Source of the DNA: an uncultured Gammaproteobacteria bacterium
GTDB lineage: Bacteria; Patescibacteriota; Microgenomatia; UBA8517
Length of the DNA stretch: 64,000 nucleotides
Assembly: GCA_964645605.1 (NCBI GenBank)
Contig: CAZYCE010000005.1
Location: forward strand, 362-64,361
Reading direction: 5' to 3'
Shown: positions 27,613-38,114 of the stretch, one piece after another
Layout: every line of letters begins with the position of its first letter
Numbering within the stretch: the first letter of the stretch is position 1
The notes under the pieces: generated by a model
What the model saw: the letters and a program-made list of their open reading frames with translations, nothing else
Database searches by the model: none
Told to the model about the DNA's origin: nothing
Translations under genes and position numbers: made by a program

Positions 27613-28638
27613 ATGCAGGAAGAGATATTAAATACCAAAAATCAGGCAATCGCACAGATAATGTCAGCCGAAAACGTGACGGAACTTGAGCAAATTCGTA
27701 TCGATTACTTCGGAAGAAACGGAAAACTTACAAATCTTATAAAGGCTATCAAACAAGCGCCGGTCGATCAAAGAAAACAAATCGGACAGGTGCTTAATGA
27801 GGCAAAAAAATCAGTTGAGGAACTTTTGGAAAACCAAAAAAGAAATTTTAAAGAAACAGCCCGCCGGTGGTTTGATCCTACTATACCCGGAAAAATGCCG
27901 GAAATTGGACACCTACACCTTATTACACATGCTATTAAAGAGATTTCCCAAATTTTCTCAAGAATTGGTTTTGAGAGAGCCAGCTATCCTGAAGTCGAAT
28001 GGGATCATTTTGCCTTTGAGACTTTAAATATGCCCAAAAATCACCCGGCAAGAGACGAATGGGAAACATTCTTTGTAGATGAACCGGAAAACTCCAAATA
28101 CGGAAAAATGGTTTTAACACCCCATACCAGTAGTGGACAGGTCCGTGAGATGCTTAGAGTTAAAAATCCTCCGGTTAGAATGATCAATATCGCAAAATGC
28201 TACAGGCGGCAATCGGATATTTCTCATGTTCCAATGTTCCACCAATTTGAAGGCCTCGTAATAGACAAAGGCGTTTCAATAGTAAATCTTAAGGGAGCTT
28301 TGGATTATTTCGCTAAAACTTTTTACGGAATGGAAAGAACTACTAGGTTGAGACCCTACCATTTTCAATTCACGGAACCGTCTTTTGAAATCGATATAAG
28401 CTGCGGAATTTGTGGAGGACGTGGCTGTAAAGTTTGCAAGGAAGGGTGGCTCGAGCTGGGAGGAGCAGGAATGGTACACCCCAATGTCTTAAAGGCCGGA
28501 AAAATTGACCCAAATGTCTATTCAGGTTTTGCCTTTGGGTGGGGAGTTGAAAGAGTTCTAATGATGAAGCAGGGGATCAATATTCCCGATGTACGAATGA
28601 TTTATAGCACCGATCTAAGGTATCTTAGACAATTTTAA
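27613..28638 (+). CDS. pheS: Phenylalanyl-tRNA synthetase alpha
   Basis: HPARD, FHQFEGL, FTEPS, GFAFGWGVER. Confidence 0.97.
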   Translation: MQEEILNTKNQAIAQIMSAENVTELEQIRIDYFGRNGKLTNLIKAIKQAPVDQRKQIGQVLNEAKKSVEELLENQKRNFKETARRWFDPTIPGKMPEIGHLHLITHAIKEISQIFSRIGFERASYPEVEWDHFAFETLNMPKNHPARDEWETFFVDEPENSKYGKMVLTPHTSSGQVREMLRVKNPPVRMINIAKCYRRQSDISHVPMFHQFEGLVIDKGVSIVNLKGALDYFAKTFYGMERTTRLRPYHFQFTEPSFEIDISCGICGGRGCKVCKEGWLELGGAGMVHPNVLKAGKIDPNVYSGFAFGWGVERVLMMKQGINIPDVRMIYSTDLRYLRQF

Positions 28639-28649
28639 ACCAATAACGC

Positions 28650-30608
28650 ATGAATATTAAAATATTGGATTCCTGGTTAAGGGATTTTCTCGACACACCT
28701 GCAAAGCCGTCGGAAATTGCAAAATGTCTGAGTCTATCCGGACCATCTGTTGAAAAAACCTTAAAAGACAGGTTTGATTATACTTACAACATCGAGGTAA
28801 CAACCAATAGGATTGACTGCGCATCGGTTTATGGAATAGCCAGAGAGGCATCCGCAATTCTACCCAGATTCGGAATCCCTGCCAAGCTAAAGCCGATCAG
28901 GTCCGAGTCGAAAGAATATTCTTTTACTAAAGAGGTTCCGTATTTGACGGCAGCTATCGACCTCAAGCTTTGTCCCAGATTTACAGCCATCCTAATCAAA
29001 AACGTAAAAATTACCGAATCACCCGATAGGGTCAAAAAAAGACTGAAGGCCTCCGGAATTCGTCCGATAAACAATGTTGTGGATATCAGTAATTACATTA
29101 TGCTGGAACTTGGCCAGCCTGTGCATACTTTTGATTATGACGAAATAAAAGAGGCTAAGATGGTTCTTCGGGAAAGTAAAAAGGGTGAGGTTATAAAAAC
29201 TCTGGACGGTAAAGAATTTATCCTTCATGGCGGAGATATCGTAATTGAAGATGGCCAGGGGCGATTGGTTGATCTTGCCGGCATTATGGGAGGAAGCTTA
29301 AGCGCCGTAAACGAAAACACCAAAAACGTTTTACTTTTTGTACAAACCTATGATCCTGCCAAAATAAGAAAAACTTCGATGGCCCTCGCACAAAGAACTA
29401 TGGCCGCAACCATTTTTGAAAAAGGAACCGACCCCGAGCAGGTTGGTCCGGCAATCTTGCGGGCAACTGAGATGTTCAAATCTTTAACAAAAGGACTTGC
29501 TTCTAAAGATATACTGAACATTTACCCTCACCCTTACAAAACAACCTCTGTAGATGTTTCCATAAAATACATCACCGAAAGGTTGGGTGTTGAAATATCC
29601 AAAAAAGAGATCATCAACTACCTTTCACCGCTTATGTTTGACTGTCACTGGGCAGGAGATACTTTACAAGTAATGGTTCCGTCTTTTCGGTCAAAAGACG
29701 TTGTAGGTCCAGAGGATATATTGGAAGAAATTGCCAGAATATACGGATACCACAATTTACCAAATCAAATTATGACAGGAACCATACCGGTTAGACCCAC
29801 AAATCCAAAATTTGATTTTGAGTTATATGTTAAAAATATTATTTCCGGGTTCGGTGGTAACGAAATTTATACGCTTTCTTTAGTACCGTTAACTTTTACG
29901 GATGAAAAACATTTAAAACTCAAAAACCCCCTCGGTCCGGAGACTGAATATCTAAGAACGTCGTTAATGCCTTCCATCCTGCAAGCAGCTAAAGACAATT
30001 TCGAAATAAACGAAAAGTTTCACCTGTTTGAAATTGCCAATGTTTATCTACCCAAAAGTAATGATCTTCCCGAGGAACGACAGATGCTCGGTGGAATTTT
30101 TTTTGGGTATGATTACCGCGATGCCAAGGGAACCGTTGAGGCAATTTTGGAAAGACTAAATATTGAACCGTTTTTCAAAACCGAGGAGTCTAAGGGTTTT
30201 AGTGCAAGTAGCTGTGCTTATATCTACCACAAAGATAAAATGATCGGTAAAATCGGAGTAGTTGAAAATTTTGATTTTGTTTATTACGAGCTTATTTTTC
30301 AGAAAATTTTCGATATTTCTCAAAAAATAACCGCTTTTAAGCCAATCCCAAAATACCCGGCTCAAATTGAAGATCTTACATTGGTTTTGCCTGAAAAAAC
30401 CAGAGTCGGGGATGTAATTTCTTCAATGCGTTCGGTTAGCGGGCTTATAGAAGACATCGAACTGAAAGACATATATAAAAATTCGTACACTTTTAGGATT
30501 TGGTATCAAGACTCGAAAAAAACGCTTACAAATGAAGATGTGAATAAAGTCAGAAAAGAAATGGTATCTTACCTAAAGTCAAAATTTGGAATTCTCCTTA
30601 AGGACTAG
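28650..30608 (+). CDS. pheT: Phenylalanyl-tRNA synthetase beta (short form)
   Basis: NRID, INNVVDISNY.MLELGQP.HTFD, EEIARIYGY, LRTSL. Confidence 0.93.
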   Translation: MNIKILDSWLRDFLDTPAKPSEIAKCLSLSGPSVEKTLKDRFDYTYNIEVTTNRIDCASVYGIAREASAILPRFGIPAKLKPIRSESKEYSFTKEVPYLTAAIDLKLCPRFTAILIKNVKITESPDRVKKRLKASGIRPINNVVDISNYIMLELGQPVHTFDYDEIKEAKMVLRESKKGEVIKTLDGKEFILHGGDIVIEDGQGRLVDLAGIMGGSLSAVNENTKNVLLFVQTYDPAKIRKTSMALAQRTMAATIFEKGTDPEQVGPAILRATEMFKSLTKGLASKDILNIYPHPYKTTSVDVSIKYITERLGVEISKKEIINYLSPLMFDCHWAGDTLQVMVPSFRSKDVVGPEDILEEIARIYGYHNLPNQIMTGTIPVRPTNPKFDFELYVKNIISGFGGNEIYTLSLVPLTFTDEKHLKLKNPLGPETEYLRTSLMPSILQAAKDNFEINEKFHLFEIANVYLPKSNDLPEERQMLGGIFFGYDYRDAKGTVEAILERLNIEPFFKTEESKGFSASSCAYIYHKDKMIGKIGVVENFDFVYYELIFQKIFDISQKITAFKPIPKYPAQIEDLTLVLPEKTRVGDVISSMRSVSGLIEDIELKDIYKNSYTFRIWYQDSKKTLTNEDVNKVRKEMVSYLKSKFGILLKD

Positions 30609-33207
30609 GCGTAGGTGAAGGGGTTGGTAAAGGCGTAGGGGTTGGTATGGGTGTGGGAGTTGCATCCCAAGCTTGTTCGACTCCAATCGTGATAGTGCGA
30701 CTCAGCTGATGGTTTCCGGCATCCATTGCAATTGCTTCAAGGATGTAAATTCCTTTTGATGGAAAATTGACCTTGCATGAATAATTATTTGCTCCATTAT
30801 TAAATGTGCAAATTTTGTTGCCATTCCGTTTGAGTTCCACCTGAGTTATGGCAGAGCTCGAATTTGCAGTAAATGTGACATTCATGTCGCCTGTGGATAG
30901 ATTGGAATCATGATCGTGCGGATTTGTAAAATCAACACTCAGAGGATTACTCGTACCGCAATAATCGGAAGGCGGATGATATCTCGGATCCGGTTGGGAA
31001 TTCATCCAATTAAGAATAGCCTCTTGCCAACGATTGGCTCCGGATGAACCGGCGGTGGGATCCTCCTCTTTAAACTGATAATATTCTTTTGTTTCATAGT
31101 TACCGGAAGAAATATCACTGGGAGTAGCCAGTTTTCCGTCACTCTTACAGACCTTAAGCATTACATGAATTGGATCGGGTGTGTTGGGTTCAGTACCCTT
31201 TATGAAATACTCAGGCCTACTTGGAAAATTGTCGTGTGCCGGGTAACCGGACACCGTATCAACTGATATTTGAGAAACATCTCCGGGTGGAGTAAAAGTA
31301 ACTGTAGGCTTACCCTTCAAAGCCTGTAAGACGATATTGTGCCATATAGGAGAAGCACCGGAAACTCCTGAGGCTACACTAAGCATCTCTGAGTTGTCAT
31401 TGTTTCCCACCCAAACTCCAACCATTACGTTGTCGTTTCCACCGATAGTCCAGTTGTCGCGTTTATCGTTTGTGGTACCTGTTTTGACCATGACATTGGC
31501 AATATTTAAATATGAATTTGCGCCAAAGGTGGGTGTTCTTGCTTCGTTGTCGGAAAGTATGCTGTCAATCAAAAAGGCCTGGGCTTCCGTCAAAACCTGC
31601 TTGCCTTTTTGTGGGGTATTGTCCTCAAGAACCTTTCCGTTAATGTCTGTTACCTTCAAGATTGCAACGGGATCCACTCTATATCCCTTATTAACAAATG
31701 CGGAATAGGCAGCTGTCATGTCAATAAGTCTTACATCTCCGCCCCCTAGAGTGAGAGAGAGGCCCACCCTTTTTAGTGTTTCTGCCGTCGGGGGAAGTGT
31801 GGTTATTCCCATATCGTTGGCAGTCTCAAGAACATTTTTAATTCCCACCATTGCCAGCATTTTAACGGCAGGAACATTCCTGGAATTGGCAAGTGCGTAG
31901 CGCACCTGAATCGGTCCTACAAATTTTCCATCATAATTCACCGGATTGTAGTCAGGCTGTCCAGTACCACCAGAGAAGGTGGTTGGCACGTCCATCAAAA
32001 GAGTGGCCGGGGAATATCCCTGCTTAAAAGCGGTTACATAAGTAAATGGCTTAAAGGAGCTTCCCGGCTGTCTGAGAGACGTTGTAACGTTTACCTGGCC
32101 ATCGTAATCTTCCGCGAAAAAATTCTTGGATCCAACCATTGCCACTATCTCTCCGGTTTCCGGATTTAACGCTACGGCCGCGCCGTTTGTTATATGCTGT
32201 TTTTCTACTTTGGCGATCTCGTCCGTTACTATTTGCTGTGCTTTATCTTGCAAATCTAAGTCCAAAGTTGTGGTTACCGTAAGCCCGCCCTGTTCAACCA
32301 CAGCCTCGCCATAAGTATCGTTCAAGATTTTCTGGACATACTGGACAAAGTGAGGCGCATTAAGACTTGTTCCTTTGGGTCTAAATTCATAGCCTGCAAG
32401 CGACTCAACTGCAGATTTTTCTTGATCCTCGGTAATGTAACCATCCTCGCGCATTCTTCTTAAAACATCCTTTGTGCGTTGAATATATGCAGTTGGAGTG
32501 GAGGAGTATGGTGAATAAGCCGATGGCGACTGTGGCATGCCGGCAAGAATTGCACATTCAACCAGATTCAAATCTTTGACGTCTTTGCCAAAATATGTTT
32601 GGGCCGCAGCTCCAACCCCCCATGAAGTCCCTCCGTAAGGAGCCTCATTAAGGTACATTTGCAAAATATCATCTTTAGAGTATTTCTTTTCGATCTGGAT
32701 TGCCAAAACAAACTCCTTAATTTTTCTGACAATGGTTCTGTCATTTGTTAAAAGTACATTTTTGACAAGCTGTTGCGTAAGGGTTGAACCTCCAGCCGCC
32801 CTGCCTCTTGTAAAAATACGCAGGAACCCGCGAAGTATTCCCACAGGATCAAAACCTTGGTGTTTATAAAAATTTTTGTCTTCAATGGAAACCGTACCCT
32901 GTCTAAGATAAAGGGGGATATCATCGAGCGAAACGGGGGTTCTATTCTGGTTTGCATAAACATCGTAAAGGAGTTTGCCATTCCGATCCAAAATCTTCGT
33001 TGAAAATCCCTGAGTTCTAACAATTTTATCCGGCGAGGGGAGGTTGAAGGCCAAAAGAGGCAGAACAAAAAGCAGGAATACAAAAAAACCTATTGTCCCA
33101 AAAAAAGCAATTTTTGCCCATTTGACCAATTTACGACTTTTGGTTAACGATTGCCCATACCTTCTTCTGTCTTTCCAGGTGCTACGTCTCCTACGATCCT
33201 TCCACAT
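30598..33207 (-). CDS. Class A penicillin-binding protein (transglycosylase-transpeptidase) with C-terminal Ig-like domain
   Basis: EDKNFY, GGSTLTQQLVK, SSFK, SRN, KTG. Confidence 0.95.
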   Translation of the reverse strand: MWKDRRRRSTWKDRRRYGQSLTKSRKLVKWAKIAFFGTIGFFVFLLFVLPLLAFNLPSPDKIVRTQGFSTKILDRNGKLLYDVYANQNRTPVSLDDIPLYLRQGTVSIEDKNFYKHQGFDPVGILRGFLRIFTRGRAAGGSTLTQQLVKNVLLTNDRTIVRKIKEFVLAIQIEKKYSKDDILQMYLNEAPYGGTSWGVGAAAQTYFGKDVKDLNLVECAILAGMPQSPSAYSPYSSTPTAYIQRTKDVLRRMREDGYITEDQEKSAVESLAGYEFRPKGTSLNAPHFVQYVQKILNDTYGEAVVEQGGLTVTTTLDLDLQDKAQQIVTDEIAKVEKQHITNGAAVALNPETGEIVAMVGSKNFFAEDYDGQVNVTTSLRQPGSSFKPFTYVTAFKQGYSPATLLMDVPTTFSGGTGQPDYNPVNYDGKFVGPIQVRYALANSRNVPAVKMLAMVGIKNVLETANDMGITTLPPTAETLKRVGLSLTLGGGDVRLIDMTAAYSAFVNKGYRVDPVAILKVTDINGKVLEDNTPQKGKQVLTEAQAFLIDSILSDNEARTPTFGANSYLNIANVMVKTGTTNDKRDNWTIGGNDNVMVGVWVGNNDNSEMLSVASGVSGASPIWHNIVLQALKGKPTVTFTPPGDVSQISVDTVSGYPAHDNFPSRPEYFIKGTEPNTPDPIHVMLKVCKSDGKLATPSDISSGNYETKEYYQFKEEDPTAGSSGANRWQEAILNWMNSQPDPRYHPPSDYCGTSNPLSVDFTNPHDHDSNLSTGDMNVTFTANSSSAITQVELKRNGNKICTFNNGANNYSCKVNFPSKGIYILEAIAMDAGNHQLSRTITIGVEQAWDATPTPIPTPTPLPTPSPTPSP

Positions 33208-33283
33208 AGTTCTTATTCTATCAAATTGTTAAAAATTTAACTAACTATTCAAAAAAACAAACAAAAGTCATAGAATAATAAGT

Positions 33284-34444
33284 GTGGGAAGTATCAATCA
33301 GATAATTACACGGGGAGTAACAAATATTATTCCTAGCAAAAACGAATTAGAAAAACTTCTTAGCTCTGGAAAAAAACTGAATGTTTATCTTGGAATCGAC
33401 CCGACCGCAACCAGAATCCATATAGGCCACGCCGTACCCTTAAGAAAACTCCAAGAGTTCGTTGAGTTGGGGCATAACGTGACTTTTGTTATCGGTGACT
33501 TTACGGCGTTAATTGGTGATACTTCCGATAAAGACAAGGAAAGACCCTCTTTAACGTATAAAGAAATTAAACTAAATTTTAAAACCTATAAGGAGCAGGC
33601 CAGTAAAATTCTGGACTTCTCCAAAGTGAACGTCCGATTCAATAGCGAATGGCTTAAAAAACTGAAATTTGAAGAAATAGTCAAGCTTATGCAGCATTTT
33701 TCATTTGGAGAATTCGCATCCAGGGAACTTATTAAAAAAAGGTTATCTGAAGGCTCCAAAGTTGGATTACATGAAGCAATTTACCCTGTTATGCAAGGTT
33801 ATGATAGCTATTTTCTGAACACGGATGTTCAAATCGGCGGCGCAGACCAAACATTTAATATGCAGGCCGGACGTATACTGCAAAAAGATCTCAGACAAAA
33901 AGAGTCCTTTGTTCTGGTAACAGGATACTTGACAGGGACAGATGGCCGAAAAATGAGTAAAAGTTGGGGAAATGCTATCTGGATAACCGACTCGGCTGAT
34001 GAAATGTATGGCAAAGTAATGTCTTTACAAGATAATTTAATACTCGAATATTTTTCAAATGCCATTAGGCCGAATGAGATAAAAGTTAGGGAAGTTGAAA
34101 AGAGACTTAAAGACGGAGAAAATCCGATAAAATTAAAAAAGGAGTTGGCATTTATACTAGTCTCCGAAATGCATGGCGAAAATGAAGCCAAAAAAGCTCA
34201 GGAGAAATTTGAACATACCTTTCAGGAAAAAAGGCCTGAATTTAATATAAAGGTTACAGCCGGAAGATCTTTGGTTGACACAATTGCCGATTTTACATCT
34301 AAGGGCAGTAAAAGTGAGGCAAAACGTTTAATAAAACAAAAAGCAGTTGATGTTAACGGGAAAGTGGTTGATAATTCATCTATCGAAATAAAACCAGGGG
34401 ACGAGATAAAAGTCGGTTCGAGGATTTTTCTAAAAGCAAAGTAA
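33284..34444 (+). CDS. tyrS: Tyrosyl-tRNA synthetase
   Basis: GIDPT, HIGH, KMSKS, C-terminal S4 domain. Confidence 0.97.
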   Translation: MGSINQIITRGVTNIIPSKNELEKLLSSGKKLNVYLGIDPTATRIHIGHAVPLRKLQEFVELGHNVTFVIGDFTALIGDTSDKDKERPSLTYKEIKLNFKTYKEQASKILDFSKVNVRFNSEWLKKLKFEEIVKLMQHFSFGEFASRELIKKRLSEGSKVGLHEAIYPVMQGYDSYFLNTDVQIGGADQTFNMQAGRILQKDLRQKESFVLVTGYLTGTDGRKMSKSWGNAIWITDSADEMYGKVMSLQDNLILEYFSNAIRPNEIKVREVEKRLKDGENPIKLKKELAFILVSEMHGENEAKKAQEKFEHTFQEKRPEFNIKVTAGRSLVDTIADFTSKGSKSEAKRLIKQKAVDVNGKVVDNSSIEIKPGDEIKVGSRIFLKAK

Positions 34445-34451
34445 ATATCTT

Positions 34452-34556
34452 ATGTTAGGCAAAAAGGGTAAAAAAATATTCGTAGTAATAACTATAATCT
34501 CAAGCATTGCTCTTTTGCTCGGTGCAATACTACCGTATATTCTGTACGCCCGCTAA
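34452..34556 (+). CDS. Small single-TM protein (34 aa)
   Basis: MLGKKGKKIFVVITIISSIALLLGAILPYILYAR fills the tyrS-recG gap. Confidence 0.6.
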   Translation: MLGKKGKKIFVVITIISSIALLLGAILPYILYAR

Positions 34557-34561
34557 TCTAA

Positions 34562-36562
34562 ATGGATCTAACTTCCCCGATAACAGATCTTCCAAAGGTG
34601 GGCCCCATATTTGCCCGAAAATTTGAAAAGTTGGGTATAAATACCCTGGAAGACCTTTTTTACCACGTTCCGACAAGATACCTCGATTATTCCAATGTGA
34701 CAACTATTAACAAATTGCGCATAAATGAAGTTGCCACAATCCATGCCAAAATTGTTTCCCTTAAAAACATTTATTCAAAAAGGGGACTTAAAATGCAAAT
34801 AGGCTCGGTTGAGGACCCTACGGGCAAAATTACGGTTGTTTGGTTCAATCAGCCATTTTTGATAAAAACTCTTTATCCGGGACGTCTCATTTCCCTTTCC
34901 GGAAAAGTCGGTTTTTTCAGTAGAAAGCTATGCCTTACCTCACCCGATTACGAGCTGATTGTAGAAGGGGACGATCCGACAACTCACACAGGACGTATAG
35001 TACCGGTTTACCCCGAAACTTCGGGGCTTTCTTCAAAGTGGATTAGAAGAAAAATGAAAGAAGCTTATCAGGAAACCTCTCTCACGGAATTTCTACCTAA
35101 AAATATATTGGTTAAATATGAACTAACCGATTTTGGGGAAGCCGTAAGATTTGTTCATTTTCCGGAAAGTTTTGAAGAAGCCGAAATCGGGCGGAAACGG
35201 CTTGCATTCAACGAGCTTTTAAATCTTGAGCTAGGAAGTCTCGTCAGAAAAATGAATTGGAAGAAGAATAAAGTTGCCAATAAGTTTGTTGTCGACCGGA
35301 AGGCAATCGATTCTTTCATAAAAAGTATTGCTTTTGATTTAACCGGTTCCCAAAAGAAAGCCATTGACGAAATTCTGGAGAATCTTAAAAGCGAAATTCC
35401 TATGAACAGGCTTCTGGAGGGGGACGTCGGAAGCGGAAAAACGGTCGTTGCCGCGGTTGCTGCCTTCGCGGCGTTTACAAACGGGTATCAAACGGTAGTC
35501 ATGGCGCCTACACAAATTCTAGCATCGCAGCACTATAAAACATTTAAGACTCTTTTCTCCAAATTCCCCGTGCGGATATCTCTGACCACTTCAGAAAATA
35601 AAAAATCCGATCTCGGGCGAACTGACATTTTTATCGGCACACACTCTTTAATAAACGGTAAAATAAATTTTGATAAAGTCGGCATTGTGGTAATTGATGA
35701 GCAGCACAGATTCGGAGTAGAGCAGCGAAAACATCTTATTAAAAAATCAGGAACACCCCATGTCCTTACCATGACCGCAACCCCAATCCCTCGAACCGTA
35801 GCTATTGCCGCCTACGGAGATATGGATTTGTCGGTTTTGACGGACATGCCCGCAGGCAGACAAAAAGTTACAACATGGGTTGTACCTGAAGGAAAAAGAA
35901 CCGGTGCATACGGTTGGATTGAAAAGCAGATAAAAACTGAGAAGTGTCAGGCTTTCATTGTTTGCCCCCTGATAGAGGATTCCGAAACGGAAACCTTGGC
36001 TGACGTAAAATCCGTCACTTCCGAATTTACGCACCTCAAATCGGTGTTCCCAAATCTCAGGCTCGGACTTCTTCATGGGAGACTCAAACCCGCCGAAAAA
36101 GATCTTGTCTTGGAAAGTTTCAACAGGGGGAATTTAGACATTTTAGTAACCACGCCCGTGGTTGAGGTGGGAATTGATATTCCTAATGCAACCATAATGG
36201 TAATCGAGGCTGCCGAGCGCTTCGGACTCGCGGCACTTCACCAATTGCGCGGTAGGGTGGGCAGGGGAGACGCGAAGTCTTACTGCCTTCTTTTTACCAA
36301 TTTTCACTCAGGGAAGGCCTACGCGCGTTTACACGCGATGGAAAAGACCTATTCCGGATTTGAGTTGTCGGAGCTGGATTTGAAGCTAAGAGGACCAGGG
36401 GAAATTTTCGGAACAGCCCAATCCGGGTTCCCAGATTTAAAAATAGCAGACTGGAGTAACTACGATCTTATAAAATCCGCCAAAGACGTGGCCGGCGAAA
36501 TTGTCAAAAACCCCGATAAATATCCTTGGGTGAAATCCAAATATGCATCCATTCTTACCTAA
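34562..36562 (+). CDS. recG: ATP-dependent DNA helicase RecG
   Basis: GDVGSGKT, DEQHRFG, MTATPIPRT, HQLRGRVGRG. Confidence 0.97.
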   Translation: MDLTSPITDLPKVGPIFARKFEKLGINTLEDLFYHVPTRYLDYSNVTTINKLRINEVATIHAKIVSLKNIYSKRGLKMQIGSVEDPTGKITVVWFNQPFLIKTLYPGRLISLSGKVGFFSRKLCLTSPDYELIVEGDDPTTHTGRIVPVYPETSGLSSKWIRRKMKEAYQETSLTEFLPKNILVKYELTDFGEAVRFVHFPESFEEAEIGRKRLAFNELLNLELGSLVRKMNWKKNKVANKFVVDRKAIDSFIKSIAFDLTGSQKKAIDEILENLKSEIPMNRLLEGDVGSGKTVVAAVAAFAAFTNGYQTVVMAPTQILASQHYKTFKTLFSKFPVRISLTTSENKKSDLGRTDIFIGTHSLINGKINFDKVGIVVIDEQHRFGVEQRKHLIKKSGTPHVLTMTATPIPRTVAIAAYGDMDLSVLTDMPAGRQKVTTWVVPEGKRTGAYGWIEKQIKTEKCQAFIVCPLIEDSETETLADVKSVTSEFTHLKSVFPNLRLGLLHGRLKPAEKDLVLESFNRGNLDILVTTPVVEVGIDIPNATIMVIEAAERFGLAALHQLRGRVGRGDAKSYCLLFTNFHSGKAYARLHAMEKTYSGFELSELDLKLRGPGEIFGTAQSGFPDLKIADWSNYDLIKSAKDVAGEIVKNPDKYPWVKSKYASILT

Positions 36563-36609
36563 TCGAATCGTGCTTGCCATGGTTAAAGCCCCATGATAGA
36601 ATTCATGCT

Positions 36610-36768
36610 ATGACACCGCTACCAAAGAAGAAGCATACCAGATCGAGATCGAATATCAGGCGCTCAGGACAACCAAAGATTGCTCTTGGAAATCTGGTTA
36701 AATGCACAAATTGTGGCAAGCTAAAAGAATCTCATCATGCTTGTCCTTACTGCGGATTTTATAAATAA
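36610..36768 (+). CDS. rpmF: 50S ribosomal protein L32 (Zn-ribbon type)
   Basis: PKKK...C..CG...H.AC..CG.Y. Confidence 0.93.
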   Translation: MTPLPKKKHTRSRSNIRRSGQPKIALGNLVKCTNCGKLKESHHACPYCGFYK

Positions 36769-36817
36769 ACCTCAATTGAACTTGCTACCGATAACCGATT
36801 CCCATTATACTTAGCCC

Positions 36818-37204
36818 ATGAAGACAGCCACAGACCCAAGACATTTAAGACGACGTGAGGCCGTAAAAATTCTTTTTGCAGAAACTTACACCCCGCAACC
36901 TAATCCCCCAGAACTTGTCCGGAAGATTTTGGTCCAAAAGGACAAAATCAATCGAATGATTAGCACGGCCGCACCGCAGTGGTCGATTGATAAACTAAAT
37001 AAAATTGACCTTGCGATCTTATGGCTTGCAATTTATGAGCTGGAAAATAAAGATACGCCCCCTAAGGTAGTAATTGATGAAGCAGTTGAGCTTGCCAAGG
37101 AATTTGGGAGTGAATCTTCATCTTCATTTATTAACGGAGTTTTGGGTACAATATATAAGCAAGTTCCTGCAAAAAGTGAAGAAGAACCAAAAAAAGATGA
37201 ATAA
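36818..37204 (+). CDS. nusB: Transcription antitermination factor NusB
   Basis: IDLAIL, VVIDEAVELAK.FG, FINGVLG. Confidence 0.93.
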   Translation: MKTATDPRHLRRREAVKILFAETYTPQPNPPELVRKILVQKDKINRMISTAAPQWSIDKLNKIDLAILWLAIYELENKDTPPKVVIDEAVELAKEFGSESSSSFINGVLGTIYKQVPAKSEEEPKKDE

Positions 37205-37439
37205 GGAATATAACGAAATAAAAGAATCTGTCAGAAAAACTCTTTCTGATTTTCTCGGCATAGAACCGGAGGATATCGAAGACGATTTTTCTTTGACGGA
37301 ACACCTTCATATGAAAGCAACAGACTTAACCGATTTTATTGAAATTCTGAACCAAAAACATTTTGACACTGAAAGTATTGATTTTGTCGAAATTGAAACA
37401 TTTTCAGATCTTATAGATGCACTCACTGAACAGCAATGA
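37197..37439 (+). CDS. Acyl-carrier-protein-like protein without the canonical Ser
   Basis: Acidic 80 aa, LGIEPEDI...L...D..ET..DLID pattern, directly upstream of rnc. Confidence 0.65.
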   Translation: MNKEYNEIKESVRKTLSDFLGIEPEDIEDDFSLTEHLHMKATDLTDFIEILNQKHFDTESIDFVEIETFSDLIDALTEQQ

Positions 37440-38107
37440 AAAATATAAAAACTCTTAAAAATAGTTTTGTTAATAAAGATTTATTGGATCAAGCATTAAC
37501 TCATAGGTCATGGGTAAATGAACATAAGGGCACGAGAACTTCCAATGAAAGAATGGAATTTTTAGGAGATGCAATTCTTGAGTATGTAGTCTCGAAAGAA
37601 ATTTATAATTTGTTTCCCAACCGCGAAGAAGGTTACCTTACCGCTCTAAGGGCCAGTCTTGTAAATACGGTTGCCCTGGCGGATATTGCAATTAAGCTTG
37701 AAATCGGACAGAATCTTTTTCTTTCAAAAGGCGAAGAGGACGGTGGAGGTCGGAAAAATACATCTCTTCTTGCGGATACTATCGAGGCCGTAATTGGTGC
37801 AATTTATATTGATAGGGGTATTTCTGATGCCGAAAAATTTATACAAGAGAACATTTTGATACATGTTCATGAAAAGGCCAGCATGCCGCTAAAAGACTAC
37901 AAAAGCAGACTTCAGGAATATGTTCAATCTAAAGGTCTTTCTACTCCAAAGTATCAAGTTGTTGAGGAATCCGGCCCGGATCATAATAAAAATTTTGTTA
38001 TCGAAGTAATCGTAAATGGAAAATCGTGGGGAAAAGGAGAGGGAAAAAGTAAAAGCAGCGCCGAGCAGAACGCCGCTTGCCAGGTTCTCTCAAAAAAGAT
38101 ACAATAA
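37436..38107 (+). CDS. rnc: Ribonuclease III
   Basis: NERMEFLGDAIL, dsRBD DYKSRLQE...GPDH. Confidence 0.97.
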   Translation: MKNIKTLKNSFVNKDLLDQALTHRSWVNEHKGTRTSNERMEFLGDAILEYVVSKEIYNLFPNREEGYLTALRASLVNTVALADIAIKLEIGQNLFLSKGEEDGGGRKNTSLLADTIEAVIGAIYIDRGISDAEKFIQENILIHVHEKASMPLKDYKSRLQEYVQSKGLSTPKYQVVEESGPDHNKNFVIEVIVNGKSWGKGEGKSKSSAEQNAACQVLSKKIQ

Positions 38108-38114
38108 GCTCCAT

